Source of the DNA: an uncultured delta proteobacterium | GTDB taxonomy: Bacteria > Desulfobacterota > Binatia > UBA9968 | Reading direction: 5' to 3' | DNA: 64,000 bases | NCBI GenBank assembly: GCA_963737905.1 | Contig: CAVTUQ010000002.1 | Location: 1 to 64,000, forward strand | In this document: piece by piece, positions 39,838 through 50,358 of the stretch | Layout of the letters: each line of letters begins with the position of its first letter | Numbering within the stretch: position 1 is the first letter of the stretch | Notes under the pieces: model-generated | Told to the model about the DNA's origin: nothing | What the model saw: only the letters and a program-made list of their open reading frames with translations | Databases searched by the model: none | Program-made: the position numbers and the translations under genes

Positions 39838-41022
39838 CTATGGCATTCTCGGGCTCGACCGATACGGTTGAGTTCTCAACTGGCGCGCCACGCTATTGGT
39901 GCTGCGGATCAAGTTGGTGATCCAGGCCGTCAATTCATTGAGGCCACTGGCATTATTTCGAGCGATGGTCGTCCAGGAGTCTCCCCGTTGATACTCGCTC
40001 ACGATATTTCTCACGGACCCCCGCCCCAAATACGAAAGACCCCTCAACGCCGCGTATTGACCATAACCGACCTTGAGCTGTTGTCGTTCGTTAACCACAA
40101 CGGGAAGACTCAGTCTGAGCTCATACGACAGCGCTTCAGCGACCGCCCGTTCACCATTCTGCTGTTCCACGAACTGATTGATGGCCTGGATTCGCTTCAA
40201 CAACTCTCTTTCACTTCTAGCCGCAGGAGAGTCGAGCGCCTGTGGCGAAGGAAGCATCTCCACGACGCGTTCTGCGGGCTGATAGTATTGCAACGCTTCC
40301 GGCATCCACGCCTTGAGCTGTTGAATTCGCGTTTCTGAGCCTGGATGCGTAGAGAGAAAATCCGGGGTCGCACCTTTTTCCTTGCGCTCCATGCGATTCC
40401 ACACTTCCAAAGAAACCCTTGGATCGTACCCGGCTTTCGCCATCAGGATAAGCCCAACATGATCCGCCTCCGATTCCTGGGACCGGCTAAAAGGAAGTAC
40501 CACACCAACGGAAGCACCCAAACCGAGAGCCTGAAGGATTTGCGGATTTACGCCGCCGGCACCCGCCAGAGCCAATCCGGTTCCCAATATCTGGGCCTGA
40601 GTCATCCGCTCTCCAGAATGGCGGAGCAACGCGTGCGCGACCTCATGGCCTAGGATAACCGCCAACCCCGCCTCGTCTTGGGCAATCGGAAAAATACCTG
40701 TGTAGACCGCGACCTTCCCTCCAGGAACACAAAAGGCGTTGATATCCTCCGGGTCATTAATGACCCGGAATTCCCATCTGTATTCCGGCTTATTCGCCGC
40801 CCGCGCAATTCTTTCTCCCACCTTGCGAACGATCCGCAAGGCGTCTGGGTTATCCGCCAATACGCTATCCCGCATAATGTGTCGGTAAGCCTCTTCCCCT
40901 GACTCCATCTCGCTCGATTCGGAGACGAGCATGAGCTGACCCCTGCCCGTGTAGGGCGCCGTAACGCAACCCGCGACCCACAATAAAGCGGCAACGGCGG
41001 CTGCGACATTTCTCCCCAGCAT
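39838..41022 (-). CDS. M48 family zinc metallopeptidase lipoprotein with C-terminal extension
   Basis: Lipobox VAGC, NAFCVPGG, HEVAH, SRSQESEAD, FLSTHP. Confidence 0.9.
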   Translation of the reverse strand: MLGRNVAAAVAALLWVAGCVTAPYTGRGQLMLVSESSEMESGEEAYRHIMRDSVLADNPDALRIVRKVGERIARAANKPEYRWEFRVINDPEDINAFCVPGGKVAVYTGIFPIAQDEAGLAVILGHEVAHALLRHSGERMTQAQILGTGLALAGAGGVNPQILQALGLGASVGVVLPFSRSQESEADHVGLILMAKAGYDPRVSLEVWNRMERKEKGATPDFLSTHPGSETRIQQLKAWMPEALQYYQPAERVVEMLPSPQALDSPAARSERELLKRIQAINQFVEQQNGERAVAEALSYELRLSLPVVVNERQQLKVGYGQYAALRGLSYLGRGSVRNIVSEYQRGDSWTTIARNNASGLNELTAWITNLIRSTNSVARQLRTQPYRSSPRMP

Positions 41023-41082
41023 CGGAAAAATCGTATCTTTCGACCCCCGGCTACGCAAGACCGCTCGCGCCCCCAAGTTTCC

Positions 41083-41158
41083 GTTCAAGGTCCAATGTTC
41101 CAGGTTCAACGTTTCGATTCGTTTCAGACCTTGAACATTGAACCTTGAACCTTGAACT
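41083..41158. repeat. Hairpin of degenerate tandem 7-mers (TTGAACC)
   Basis: GTTCAAG GTCCAAT GTTCCAG GTTCAAC ... TTGAACA TTGAACC TTGAACC TTGAACT. Confidence 0.7.
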
Positions 41159-41220
41159 TAAAAACCGCCACCTTCGATCCGGAGGTCTCGTCGCTGGTTA
41201 CTTGCCAATAAATAACCCGG

Positions 41221-42627
41221 CTATAAGGCCATTTTTCCGGGATTCATGATGCCATTGGGATCCAGCGTTTTCTTGATCCGGCGCATAATCTCCACGCCGT
41301 AACCGTGCTCTTCGGCCATGAGCGGCGCTAGTTTTACGCCGACGCCGTGGGTGTATTCCATAGAGCCGCCCATTTCGTGGACCAAATGCAGCAGTTCATC
41401 GACGGTCTCTTCCAACGCGAGTTGCGCCTTGTTCTTGCCGTCATCCTGGATAGCCAAAGGCATGGAAAAAAGTTCCGGTTGAATCCAGAGTCCGCTTTCG
41501 TGGATGCGAACACCACGTTTTTTGACGATCTCCACCGCTGCCGCTCTGAATGACAACACCTTCGAGGCGGGCAGCGCAACATGAATCCAATCGCGATAGA
41601 CGCCATCCCTGCCGCGCTCCCTTCGTTGCCGCCGGTTCCGCATGAATCGCCTGGCGATTTCGTGTCGATCGTCCCAGAATCTCTCCGCCTCTCTCTTCGG
41701 CAATCTTCTCCCGCCAAACCGCTCACAAACGGCGCGCGCACGTTTTTCTTCCGCCTCTACGACTTCACGGATTCCTTCAAACGCTAGATAAAGCACCGCG
41801 CCCCCGGGAAATTTATCGTCCGTGTCGCCAAAATCGAGGAGCGCAGGTCGCAAGCGCTGGCGAAACATCTCTTGAATCCCGTTGTAGCCAACCTCAAAGG
41901 ACTCGAAGCAAAATCCATGAAGTACGCGCTTCTCCGGTGCTGGAAAGATCCGAATGGTTGCCTCCGTGATGATTCCAAAACAGCCCTCGCCGCCGATGAA
42001 AAGAGACTTTAAATCGATACCGGTGGACGACTTGGGAACCGCGCGCGTGCGAAGCACTTCGCCATTAGGCAGCACCGTTTCCAACCCCAGAACCTGATCT
42101 CCCATGGAGCCATACAGCCCGCCGCGGTACCCCACGCTATTGGTCGAAATCGCGCCGCCAACCGTAGCAACCGGCAACGTCCACGGGTCATGGCCGAGTA
42201 TAAAACCCTCTCGGCTGAGCCTCTTTTCCAACTCTTCCAATACCGTGCCCGGATGCACGCGAGCCGACCGGGCCTGTGCATCGACCTCTAGTATTTGGTT
42301 CATTCGACGCAAATCGACGACGATCCCCGCCTGGATCGACAACGCCCCGCCCATGAGCCCCGATCCACCACCATAGGGGACAATCGGCACTTTTTCTTCG
42401 TTGGCTAAAAGGACAATCTGTCTGACCTCATCGGTTGAAGAAGGCAGGACGCTACAGAGGGGGAGCGTCACTTCAGGCCGCTTCGCAGGATGAAGTCTCC
42501 CCTCGCTCAAAGCGTCCCATGACAACTCGTCAAGATGGTTTTCATCGGTGGTGATATGCTCCGGCGCGACGATCTGGGCGAGTCGCTCCATTATCTTTTG
42601 CTGCAAAGGGTTTTTCATCGAACCCAT
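41221..42627 (-). CDS. FAD-binding oxidoreductase (GlcD / alkyl-DHAP synthase-like)
   Basis: PYGGGSG, ATVGGAIST, GGEGCFGII, HGVG, DPNGIMNPGK. Confidence 0.88.
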   Translation of the reverse strand: MGSMKNPLQQKIMERLAQIVAPEHITTDENHLDELSWDALSEGRLHPAKRPEVTLPLCSVLPSSTDEVRQIVLLANEEKVPIVPYGGGSGLMGGALSIQAGIVVDLRRMNQILEVDAQARSARVHPGTVLEELEKRLSREGFILGHDPWTLPVATVGGAISTNSVGYRGGLYGSMGDQVLGLETVLPNGEVLRTRAVPKSSTGIDLKSLFIGGEGCFGIITEATIRIFPAPEKRVLHGFCFESFEVGYNGIQEMFRQRLRPALLDFGDTDDKFPGGAVLYLAFEGIREVVEAEEKRARAVCERFGGRRLPKREAERFWDDRHEIARRFMRNRRQRRERGRDGVYRDWIHVALPASKVLSFRAAAVEIVKKRGVRIHESGLWIQPELFSMPLAIQDDGKNKAQLALEETVDELLHLVHEMGGSMEYTHGVGVKLAPLMAEEHGYGVEIMRRIKKTLDPNGIMNPGKMAL

Positions 42628-42708
42628 CCGGCGGCGAACTCAGAGTATATCGAAAAGCCGATCAAGGGAGAAGTCGTAAGACCCAACGTCCGCGGACTGA
42701 CTGAAACG

Positions 42709-44022
42709 TCACAACAACGTACCGCGCAAAACGACATCGGCGATCGTGAAATAGATAATCAAGCCGGTGACATCCACAAGCGTCGCCACGAAAGGGGCAG
42801 AGGCACTGGCCGGATCGAAGCCGAGGCCGCGAAGGATGAACGGCAAAAGCGAACCGGCAATGGAGCCCCACAACACAACCCCGATAAGGCTCAGCGCTAC
42901 GGTCAAAGCGACCAGGAAGTAATGTTCGCCATAGGCATTGAACAAGCCCTGCCACGCGAGAATGCGCACTAAACCAATGGACGCCAAAATCAACCCCAAG
43001 CCCAAGCCCGTAACCAGCTCACGCCGGATCACTCTCCACCAATCTCTAATCCTCAGTTCTCCCAACGCCATGGCACGGATCACCAAGGTCGTTGCCTGAG
43101 ATCCCGAATTGCCGCCGCTGCTGATAATCAACGGCACAAACAATGCCAGAACAACCGCCCGAGCGATCTCAGCCTGGAACTGACCCATGGCGGTAGCGGT
43201 GAGCATCTCGCCCAAAAACAGGGCAGCCAGCCAACCCGCCCGTTTTCGAATCATCAGCAGCAGAGGAATCTGTAAGTAAGGCCCTTCTAGCGTCGCAACA
43301 CCGCCGATCTTTTGGATGTCTTCCGTGGCCTCCTCTTGAACTACGTGGACGATATCATCCACGTTGACGACACCCTTGATTCGTCCTTCCGCATCTACGA
43401 TCGGCATCATCAGCAGATGATGGCGCATGAAAAGTTGGCTTAGCGCTTCCTGGTCTAAATCATCGGGCGCGGAAATAATCTCTGTGCGCATGACCTCACT
43501 GACGTGCTTATCGCCGGCAGCGACGATCAGGTCACGGAAAGAAACCACTCCTAGCAGGTGCTCTTCTGAGTCCACCACGTAGACATAGTAAACCGTTTTC
43601 TCCCGCTGACGCGCATCCCTCCGAAGGTAGGCGATCGCCTCGTCCACCGTCATATCCGCGCGAAGCCGGGAGTAGCGGGTATTCATTAACCCCCCGGCTT
43701 CATCCTCCGCATAGTCGAGAAGCCCCCTGACTTCCCTCCGGATGGAATCATCCAGAAGAGCTAGCAAATTCTCTCGTTCTTCGGCTGGCGCCTCTTGAAT
43801 CAAGTCGGCGGCATCGTCCGGCGCCAACAATCTCATCCACAACCGCCGTTCCCCCGCCGGCAACGCCAATACTAGCTGGGCTCGGTCTCTGGCGCTAAGC
43901 TGAAAAAAGAAATCGTCGGCCTCCTCACGCTGCAAAAATTCAAAACCCTCCACTCTTTCATCTATGGAAAGCAGGGGCCACGCGTCGTAAAGTTCAGCTG
44001 GAGTGAAGTTCTTATCCGCCAT
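42709..44022 (-). CDS. mgtE: Magnesium transporter MgtE
   Basis: CBS pair, SGGNSGSQ, DPASASAPFVATLVDVTG. Confidence 0.95.
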   Translation of the reverse strand: MADKNFTPAELYDAWPLLSIDERVEGFEFLQREEADDFFFQLSARDRAQLVLALPAGERRLWMRLLAPDDAADLIQEAPAEERENLLALLDDSIRREVRGLLDYAEDEAGGLMNTRYSRLRADMTVDEAIAYLRRDARQREKTVYYVYVVDSEEHLLGVVSFRDLIVAAGDKHVSEVMRTEIISAPDDLDQEALSQLFMRHHLLMMPIVDAEGRIKGVVNVDDIVHVVQEEATEDIQKIGGVATLEGPYLQIPLLLMIRKRAGWLAALFLGEMLTATAMGQFQAEIARAVVLALFVPLIISSGGNSGSQATTLVIRAMALGELRIRDWWRVIRRELVTGLGLGLILASIGLVRILAWQGLFNAYGEHYFLVALTVALSLIGVVLWGSIAGSLLPFILRGLGFDPASASAPFVATLVDVTGLIIYFTIADVVLRGTLL

Positions 44023-44160
44023 GTTTTATCCGCAGAGATTAATGTGGCTATTCCTAACACATCATCTGACAGGTGCAATCGCAAAGCCGCTCGATTTTAT
44101 GATTGCTGGCGAAGAAACGGCAAGACACCGGGCGCGGGAAAAATCCGGACACGATTTGGG

Positions 44161-44868
44161 TCAATGCAAGGTGGGTTTGGAATCATCATCCCGTCGCCCT
44201 TGGATGACCTGGAAGCGGCGCCTGAGACGCGCGAGGCGGCGCTGATCGAGATACAACTTGAGACGCTCCCAAGGATTAACCCCGCGGAGATAGAGGTAAC
44301 CGAAAATCATCCCTCCCAGATGGGCGAGGTGAGCAATACCACCCTGGCCCGGGGTGATTGAAGAATAGAACGCGATACCGCCGATGATCCAGACGAAGTA
44401 TTTCATCTTGATCGGAAAGAGAAAGTAAAAATAAACGATCCGATTGGGATAGATAAGTCCGTACGCTAGAAGAATCCCGTAGACTCCGGCCGACGCGCCG
44501 ATGCTAGGCACGATTTGTCCCGGCACCAGGAGCGCGTTCAAGATGCCGCCGCCCACCACTGAGACAAAATAGTACCTGAGGAAGAAACTGCTTCCCCAGC
44601 GCCGCTCGAGATCACAGCCGAACATCCAAACCGCCAGCATGTTGAAGAGCAAATGAAGCAGCCCGCCGTGAAGAAACTGGTAAGTAAACACCTGCCAAAA
44701 ATAAAAATCCTGCCAGATCCTGGCCGGGACAAGGCCAAACAAAAACAGGATTTCCGAAGGAAGAAATAACTGCAGGAAAAAGACCGCCGTATTGACGATC
44801 AGCAGGACTTTCACTGCCGGAGTCAGCATGCCACCGCCGAACATCATCGTTCTCGTTTGGTATTGCAT
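44161..44868 (-). CDS. Rhomboid intramembrane serine protease
   Basis: HLLFNM, IGASAG, AHLAHLGG. Confidence 0.92.
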   Translation of the reverse strand: MQYQTRTMMFGGGMLTPAVKVLLIVNTAVFFLQLFLPSEILFLFGLVPARIWQDFYFWQVFTYQFLHGGLLHLLFNMLAVWMFGCDLERRWGSSFFLRYYFVSVVGGGILNALLVPGQIVPSIGASAGVYGILLAYGLIYPNRIVYFYFLFPIKMKYFVWIIGGIAFYSSITPGQGGIAHLAHLGGMIFGYLYLRGVNPWERLKLYLDQRRLARLRRRFQVIQGRRDDDSKPTLH

Positions 44869-44933
44869 ATCATTCAGAATAGCTTTCGCATGCGTCCAAG
44901 GGAAGCGGCTGGCTCCAAATCTTGATACCGTTT

Positions 44934-45636
44934 CTAGCCCCCCAGATAGGCTTGCCGCACAAAATCGTTTCCTGAGAGCTCACTGGCACTTCCTTGGAGG
45001 ACCACTTCGCCAGTTTCCAATACATAGCCCCGATGTGAGATAGCCAAAGCCATTGCGGCATTTTGCTCGACCAACAGGACCGTGACACCGGACTTGTTAA
45101 TGGACCTAATCGTTCCCAAGATTTGCTCCACGATTTTGGGCGCCAGCCCCATGGACGGCTCGTCGAGCAGGAGTAATTTCGGCCGCGCCATAAGGGCGCG
45201 GCCGATGGCGAGCATCTGCTGCTCGCCTCCGGAAAGGGTTCCGGCAACCTGCTTTTGCCGTTCCTTAAGCCTTGGAAAAAGTTCGAAAATCGCGCTCGAT
45301 GTCCGGGCGCCAGAGAATTTTTGGCCGTGTGTAGCCGCCGACGTGAAGATTCTCCAATACCGTGAATCGAGGGAAGATTTTTCGTCCCTCCGGCGCATGG
45401 CTGACCCCCCGCTGCACGATCACATGGGGATCGGCTCCGTTCAAAGAAAAGCCTTCCAATTCGATGCGTCCGCTATGCGGCCGCAATAAGCCCGAAAGGG
45501 TTTTTAACGTGGTCGTCTTGCCCGCCCCGTTGCCCCCCAGCAAGGTGACCAATTCGCCCTTCTCGATAGAGAACGAAACTCCCTTCAAAGCGTGGATGGC
45601 ACCATAGTATACGTGCACGTCCTTAACTTTGAGCAT
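44934..45636 (-). CDS. livF: BCAA ABC ATPase, frameshifted near 45290-45325
   Basis: GGNGAGKTT and PEGRKIF in frame 1; [19 protein letters not shown] and LLLDEPS in frame 2. Confidence 0.9.
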
Positions 45637-46408
45637 CTCCCACCCATGTCCCGCGCCCCAAGTAAGCTTCAATGACGCGCGGATCTCGGCGCACCTCGTC
45701 GGGGTGACCCTCGGCGATCTTTTCCCCGTAATCGAGGACGTGAACTCGGTCCGAAATGCCCATGACTACGCGCATATTGTGCTCAATGAGGAGGAGAGCC
45801 TGGACGTAGCGTCCGATGAGATCTTTGAACAGCATCATGAGTGATTGCGCTTCGGTCGTGTTCATTCCCGCTGTCGGTTCATCCAGTAAGAGCACTTTCG
45901 GATTGGCGGCGAGTGCTCGGGCGATCTCGAGTCGACGCTGCTCGCCGTAGGAGAGTTGGTGTGCCCATTCATTTTCTTTGCCTTGGAGTCCGGCGAGCTC
46001 GACCAACTCCATCGCCTTAGTTGCGGCATCTCTTTCTGCGCACTGGACCCCTTGACTCCGAAACAGAATCCCCGACAGGCTAGTGCTGATTCGGCAATGC
46101 ATGCCTACTAAGACATTCTCCAAAACCGTCATGCGCGCGAAGAGACGGATATTCTGAAACGTTCGGCTGATACCCGCATCCGTAATTTTGTCGGGCTTCA
46201 GCCCGACCAGCGATCGGCCAATAAACCGGATTTCTCCCTCATCCGGCCGATAGATTCCCGTGAGGGTGTGAAAGAGCGTCGTCTTGCCCGCACCGTTGGG
46301 CCCGATCAGAGCTGCAATCATGCCGTCTTCCAAGGTGAGATCCACTCGGTTCAGTGCCTGCAATCCGCCGAATCTCTTGCTGATGCCGCGCAGTTCGAGC
46401 AACGCCAT
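45623..46408 (-). CDS. livG: BCAA ABC ATPase
   Basis: GPNGAGKTT, RTFQNIRLF, LSYGEQRRLEIARAL, VIEAYLG. Confidence 0.93.
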   Translation of the reverse strand: MALLELRGISKRFGGLQALNRVDLTLEDGMIAALIGPNGAGKTTLFHTLTGIYRPDEGEIRFIGRSLVGLKPDKITDAGISRTFQNIRLFARMTVLENVLVGMHCRISTSLSGILFRSQGVQCAERDAATKAMELVELAGLQGKENEWAHQLSYGEQRRLEIARALAANPKVLLLDEPTAGMNTTEAQSLMMLFKDLIGRYVQALLLIEHNMRVVMGISDRVHVLDYGEKIAEGHPDEVRRDPRVIEAYLGRGTWVGDAQS

Positions 46409-46409
46409 C

Positions 46410-47657
46410 TCACTGTTCTCGTTTCTGTCGCGGTGGCAAGACTCCCTGCGGCCGAAACATCATCATGAGAATCAAAATCAAACCAAAAACCATACGTTCA
46501 TATTTCGCCGGCTCAAACTGGGCGGGAATCTGACTTAAACTAAAATCCCCCCAATACGGAATCGACAACACGATCCCCGACTGGCGGATGGAGTTTAGCC
46601 ACAGGGAAAGCCCCTTGAGAAGTTGAAGATTTAAAATCGTCACGCCGGTGGCGCCGAGAATTGCGCCGGGAATCGAGCCCAGGCCGCCGAGGATTACCAT
46701 GGCGAGCACTCCGATGGATTCCATGAAGGTAAAACTCTCCGGATTGATGAATACTTGCTTGGCCGCGAACAGAACACCGACGGCTGAGGCGAAGGAGGCG
46801 CCCACGGCAAGGCCAAGCAGTTTCATTCGCACCACTGGAATTCCCATGGCAGCCGCGGCGATTTCGTCCTCGCGAATGGCTTTCCACGCACGCCCAATGC
46901 GCGACTCTTCGAGTCTTCGCGTGACCAAAACTGTGAGAATCACGATCAACAAGACAAGAAAATAAAAGTAGAAGGGATAGAGAGCGGACGGATTCACTCT
47001 AAAACCGAGAAATTCCAAAAGTGGCTGAAAAAAAAGGGGTGGCTTCCCAATGGGGGTGATGCCCTTAGGACCATTGGTAATGTTGATCGGTTTGTCGAAG
47101 TTGTTCAGCAGAGCGCGCACAACCTCGGCAAACCCCAAGGTCACAACCGCCAGATAGTCGCCGCGCAGACGCAGGACCGGCAGTCCCAGTAACGCCCCCG
47201 TCAAAGCGCCCACCCCGACGCTCAGCACGAGAAACGGAAAAAACCAACCCGACGCCAGCGGAAACAAATTGCCGGGTAGAAAATGATTCGCCTGGGGCGA
47301 GCCGAAAATCGCCCAGAGATACGCGCCGATGGCGTAAAACGCGACGAAACCCAAGTTGAGCAGCCCGACGAAGCCAACCACTATATTGAGCCCCAGCGCT
47401 AGCACGATAAAAATGCCGACTTGAATGGCGATTTCCAGAAAGTAGCCGTTCACGGATCCCAGCAACGGCAACAGCACGAGCAACACCAGGGTGCCCAAAG
47501 AATACTTTGTGGTCTGATTGATCGGCGCATAATAAATGACTAGTAGGGACGCTTCGAAGCACAGAAAAGCCAGGACGGACTGAGGAAAGGCGAAGACTAG
47601 AGCGGCGCTCGCGATAATATATAAAACAACTCCAAGATGGGCCAAGCCAACCTTCAA
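46410..47657 (-). CDS. livM: BCAA ABC permease
   Basis: LGLNIVVG, LRLRGDYLAVVTLGF, AIREDE. Confidence 0.92.
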   Translation of the reverse strand: MKVGLAHLGVVLYIIASAALVFAFPQSVLAFLCFEASLLVIYYAPINQTTKYSLGTLVLLVLLPLLGSVNGYFLEIAIQVGIFIVLALGLNIVVGFVGLLNLGFVAFYAIGAYLWAIFGSPQANHFLPGNLFPLASGWFFPFLVLSVGVGALTGALLGLPVLRLRGDYLAVVTLGFAEVVRALLNNFDKPINITNGPKGITPIGKPPLFFQPLLEFLGFRVNPSALYPFYFYFLVLLIVILTVLVTRRLEESRIGRAWKAIREDEIAAAAMGIPVVRMKLLGLAVGASFASAVGVLFAAKQVFINPESFTFMESIGVLAMVILGGLGSIPGAILGATGVTILNLQLLKGLSLWLNSIRQSGIVLSIPYWGDFSLSQIPAQFEPAKYERMVFGLILILMMMFRPQGVLPPRQKREQ

Positions 47658-48622
47658 GCTCCTTCCTCCCGCACCTTCTCCCCCAACAACCCCTTCGGGC
47701 GAAAAATAAGAATCAAGATGAGGACGGCGAAAGCAAAGACATCCTTGTATTCCGCGCCGAACGCTCCGCCGGTGAGGATCGAAAGATAGGAAGCCGCAAA
47801 CGCCTCCAACATGCCGAGAACCATTCCGCCTAACATCGCGCCGGGGATATTTCCGATGCCGCCAAGCACGGCAGCGGTAAAGGCCTTGAGCCCTGGAAAA
47901 AATCCGCTGTAGGGGTTGACCAAGCTGTAATGCAAACCAAAGAGCACGCCGGCCAGACCCCCCATCGCCCCACCCACAAAAAAGGTCAACGCGATCACCC
48001 GGTTCACCGGGATACCCATCAGGGACGCCGTATCCGGATCTTGGGCCACAGCGCGAATCGCCGTCCCGAGTCTCGTCCGATTAACAAAAAGATGGAGCGC
48101 CACTAAGCTCAGGAGCGCAGTTACAATCACCAGCAGCGATTTCACCGGCACCACCACATTGAGCCCCAGCGGCACGGTCTTATCGAGGATGTCCAGTGTG
48201 GGATACGTAAGGTAAAAAGAATTCCGCCAAAGACTTTCGAAAAAACGCAAAGCGTCCTGCAAAAAAAACGAAGCGCCGATAGCGGATATCAACGCAACGA
48301 GTCGCGGACTCCCCTGGAGCGGACGATAAGCCACTCGCTCCAGCGCCATGGCCGCCAGACCGCTAATTAGCATGCCGCTAAGAATCACCAGCAGCAAGAC
48401 GAAAGCCGTGGGAAGCGTTGCCAAATGGCCGGTGCTTTCGAGCAGCAGGAGAATCTCCACGCCCACAAAGGCGCCAAGAACGAAGATCTCGCTGTGGGCG
48501 AAATTGATAAACTCTAAAACCCCGTAAACCATGGTGTAGCCCAAGGCGATCAACGCATACATAAACCCCAGTACAATACCGTCCACGAGCACTTGCGGTA
48601 GGATCTCGATCGCGAGTTCCAA
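47654..48622 (-). CDS. livH: BCAA ABC permease
   Basis: YALIALGYTMVYG, FINFAH, KAFTAAVLGGIG, RPKGLLG. Confidence 0.92.
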   Translation of the reverse strand: MELAIEILPQVLVDGIVLGFMYALIALGYTMVYGVLEFINFAHSEIFVLGAFVGVEILLLLESTGHLATLPTAFVLLLVILSGMLISGLAAMALERVAYRPLQGSPRLVALISAIGASFFLQDALRFFESLWRNSFYLTYPTLDILDKTVPLGLNVVVPVKSLLVIVTALLSLVALHLFVNRTRLGTAIRAVAQDPDTASLMGIPVNRVIALTFFVGGAMGGLAGVLFGLHYSLVNPYSGFFPGLKAFTAAVLGGIGNIPGAMLGGMVLGMLEAFAASYLSILTGGAFGAEYKDVFAFAVLILILIFRPKGLLGEKVREEGA

Positions 48623-48682
48623 ACTTGTCTAGTCCTTTCAAAAATTGTTATGCTAACAAATCCTCTTCTTGGCCGCTACCGT

Positions 48683-48704
48683 ATAAACCCCGAATAAACC
48701 CCGA
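48683..48704. promoter_or_regulatory. Perfect 11-bp tandem direct repeat upstream of livH (candidate regulator box)
   Basis: ATAAACCCCGA x2, ~25-45 bp upstream of a TGnTAGCAT extended -10 on the minus strand. Confidence 0.45.
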
Positions 48705-48877
48705 GGTCAGAACCCCTCGTGTTGAAACCATGTTTCAGTCGCGTATATTTCCCTGTGAGTGATGCTCGAGCAGGAAGTCCACTTCACCCTTTACCGTTAC
48801 CGTTCACTCCCGCATATAACTTGAAACTTGCTCAAAGGCCCGATGAGTCGTGCTAGCGCGCCGATCGCTGTACGTGA

Positions 48878-50233
48878 TCAAGGTGATGGCGGGGTATGTT
48901 CGACAATGAAACTTTGCAGGCTCTTTCCTTCTAGAGTTTGCGTAACCGAGTCGTCGACTTCCCGAAGCAGTTCTTCGATGGTCACTTCGTCTTCGGTCCG
49001 GAACGCCGGCTTCTTCGCGCCGGAATTCCTCACGCAGTCGAGGATATCTTTGATGCTAATCCTTTCCGGGTCGCGGGCCAAAACAAAAATTTCCTCATCA
49101 GCCACGGGCAACACCAAGCGACTTTGACGAAACGTCTCCATGAAATCTCTCACCAGCCCTGCCGGAAGATAGAGCTGGCCTGCCAGGGCCGACACGCTCA
49201 ACGGATCAAGGCCGTGGAAGAAATTGCGCCCGATTAAGAACATCATGTGAAGCGCCAATTTTTCGCGCCCTGCCGGGCTGTTGACCAAAAGCTCCCTCTC
49301 TCTCTCATAGAAGCGAATGTGTTGATGCGCATAGGTTACTTGCGCCCCGAGCAGCACGATCACCCAACCGACGTGCAGCCAAAGCAGAAACAAAAGGAGG
49401 ATCGCGAAGCTGGAGTAAATTGCGTAATAGCGAGTTGAGGATGCAACAAAAACAGTAAATCCCCAGCCCACGGTTTGCCAGAGCAGCGCCGCCACCAGGC
49501 CGCCGACCACGGCGGATGTAAGCTTCACGCGGGTGTTTGGAATGAAGACATAGAGGAAGGTGAATGCGCCCCAGAGGGTAAAATAGGGCACGAACTTGAG
49601 GAGCGCTAAGATCACGGTTCCGAAGGGCTCCAGGGAGATCATTTTTTGGACAAAGGTGTTGCTTTGTAAGGTAGCGGTGATCGTTAGCGCCGCGAACACC
49701 AGTACTGGACCGACGAGAATCACGCTCAAGTAGTCGCTGAACTTGCGCGTCAGCTTTCTCGCCGCCTTAACGTGCCAGATGCGATTGAAGGCATCCTCGA
49801 TGGTCCCCATCAGCGAAAGGACCGTAATGAATAAGCTTGCCAAGCCAACACTGCCAAGCGCCCCGGCGTTCATCTTGTCGACGAAGCCAATGAGATAAGC
49901 AGTGATCTCTTGACCCTTCTCCCCTAACGGCGCCAGCGCTTGGGCAAGGGCTGGCTCCATGCGGTTGTGAACGCCAAAAGCTTTGAGGATGGAAAAAATG
50001 ACAGCCAATAGCGGGGCGAGGGATAATAGCGTCTTGAATGCCAATGCCATGGCCTGTAGGTTCACCAAATTCTCGATGAAGTCCCTGCTGACCATGAAAC
50101 CGATCTTGAGCAGTGAGTGAATTAGCCCTTTGAAGCGGGTCACCTCTGAAATTTCGGTGTCCCAAATCAGATCGATAACTTTAGTCTTGAACTGCTCAAG
50201 GGACCCTTTTTTCTCGCGACTCGATGGGCTCAT
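48878..50233 (-). CDS. YihY/BrkB family membrane protein with C-terminal winged-helix-like domain
   Basis: AMALAFKTLLSLAP, IEDAFNRIW, IPNTRV, IYSSFA..LLFLLW, LARDPERI. Confidence 0.88.
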   Translation of the reverse strand: MSPSSREKKGSLEQFKTKVIDLIWDTEISEVTRFKGLIHSLLKIGFMVSRDFIENLVNLQAMALAFKTLLSLAPLLAVIFSILKAFGVHNRMEPALAQALAPLGEKGQEITAYLIGFVDKMNAGALGSVGLASLFITVLSLMGTIEDAFNRIWHVKAARKLTRKFSDYLSVILVGPVLVFAALTITATLQSNTFVQKMISLEPFGTVILALLKFVPYFTLWGAFTFLYVFIPNTRVKLTSAVVGGLVAALLWQTVGWGFTVFVASSTRYYAIYSSFAILLLFLLWLHVGWVIVLLGAQVTYAHQHIRFYERERELLVNSPAGREKLALHMMFLIGRNFFHGLDPLSVSALAGQLYLPAGLVRDFMETFRQSRLVLPVADEEIFVLARDPERISIKDILDCVRNSGAKKPAFRTEDEVTIEELLREVDDSVTQTLEGKSLQSFIVEHTPPSP

Positions 50234-50358
50234 GGCGGTCGTGGGCTTGTAAGGGACTTAATCGACGGCCGACGGGCAAGAATGACTATCTAAACTCTAC
50301 CAGCTTCGGCTGCCTGTCACAAAGAAAATTTCTGGGACACTTGTTTGAGCCGTAAGAC

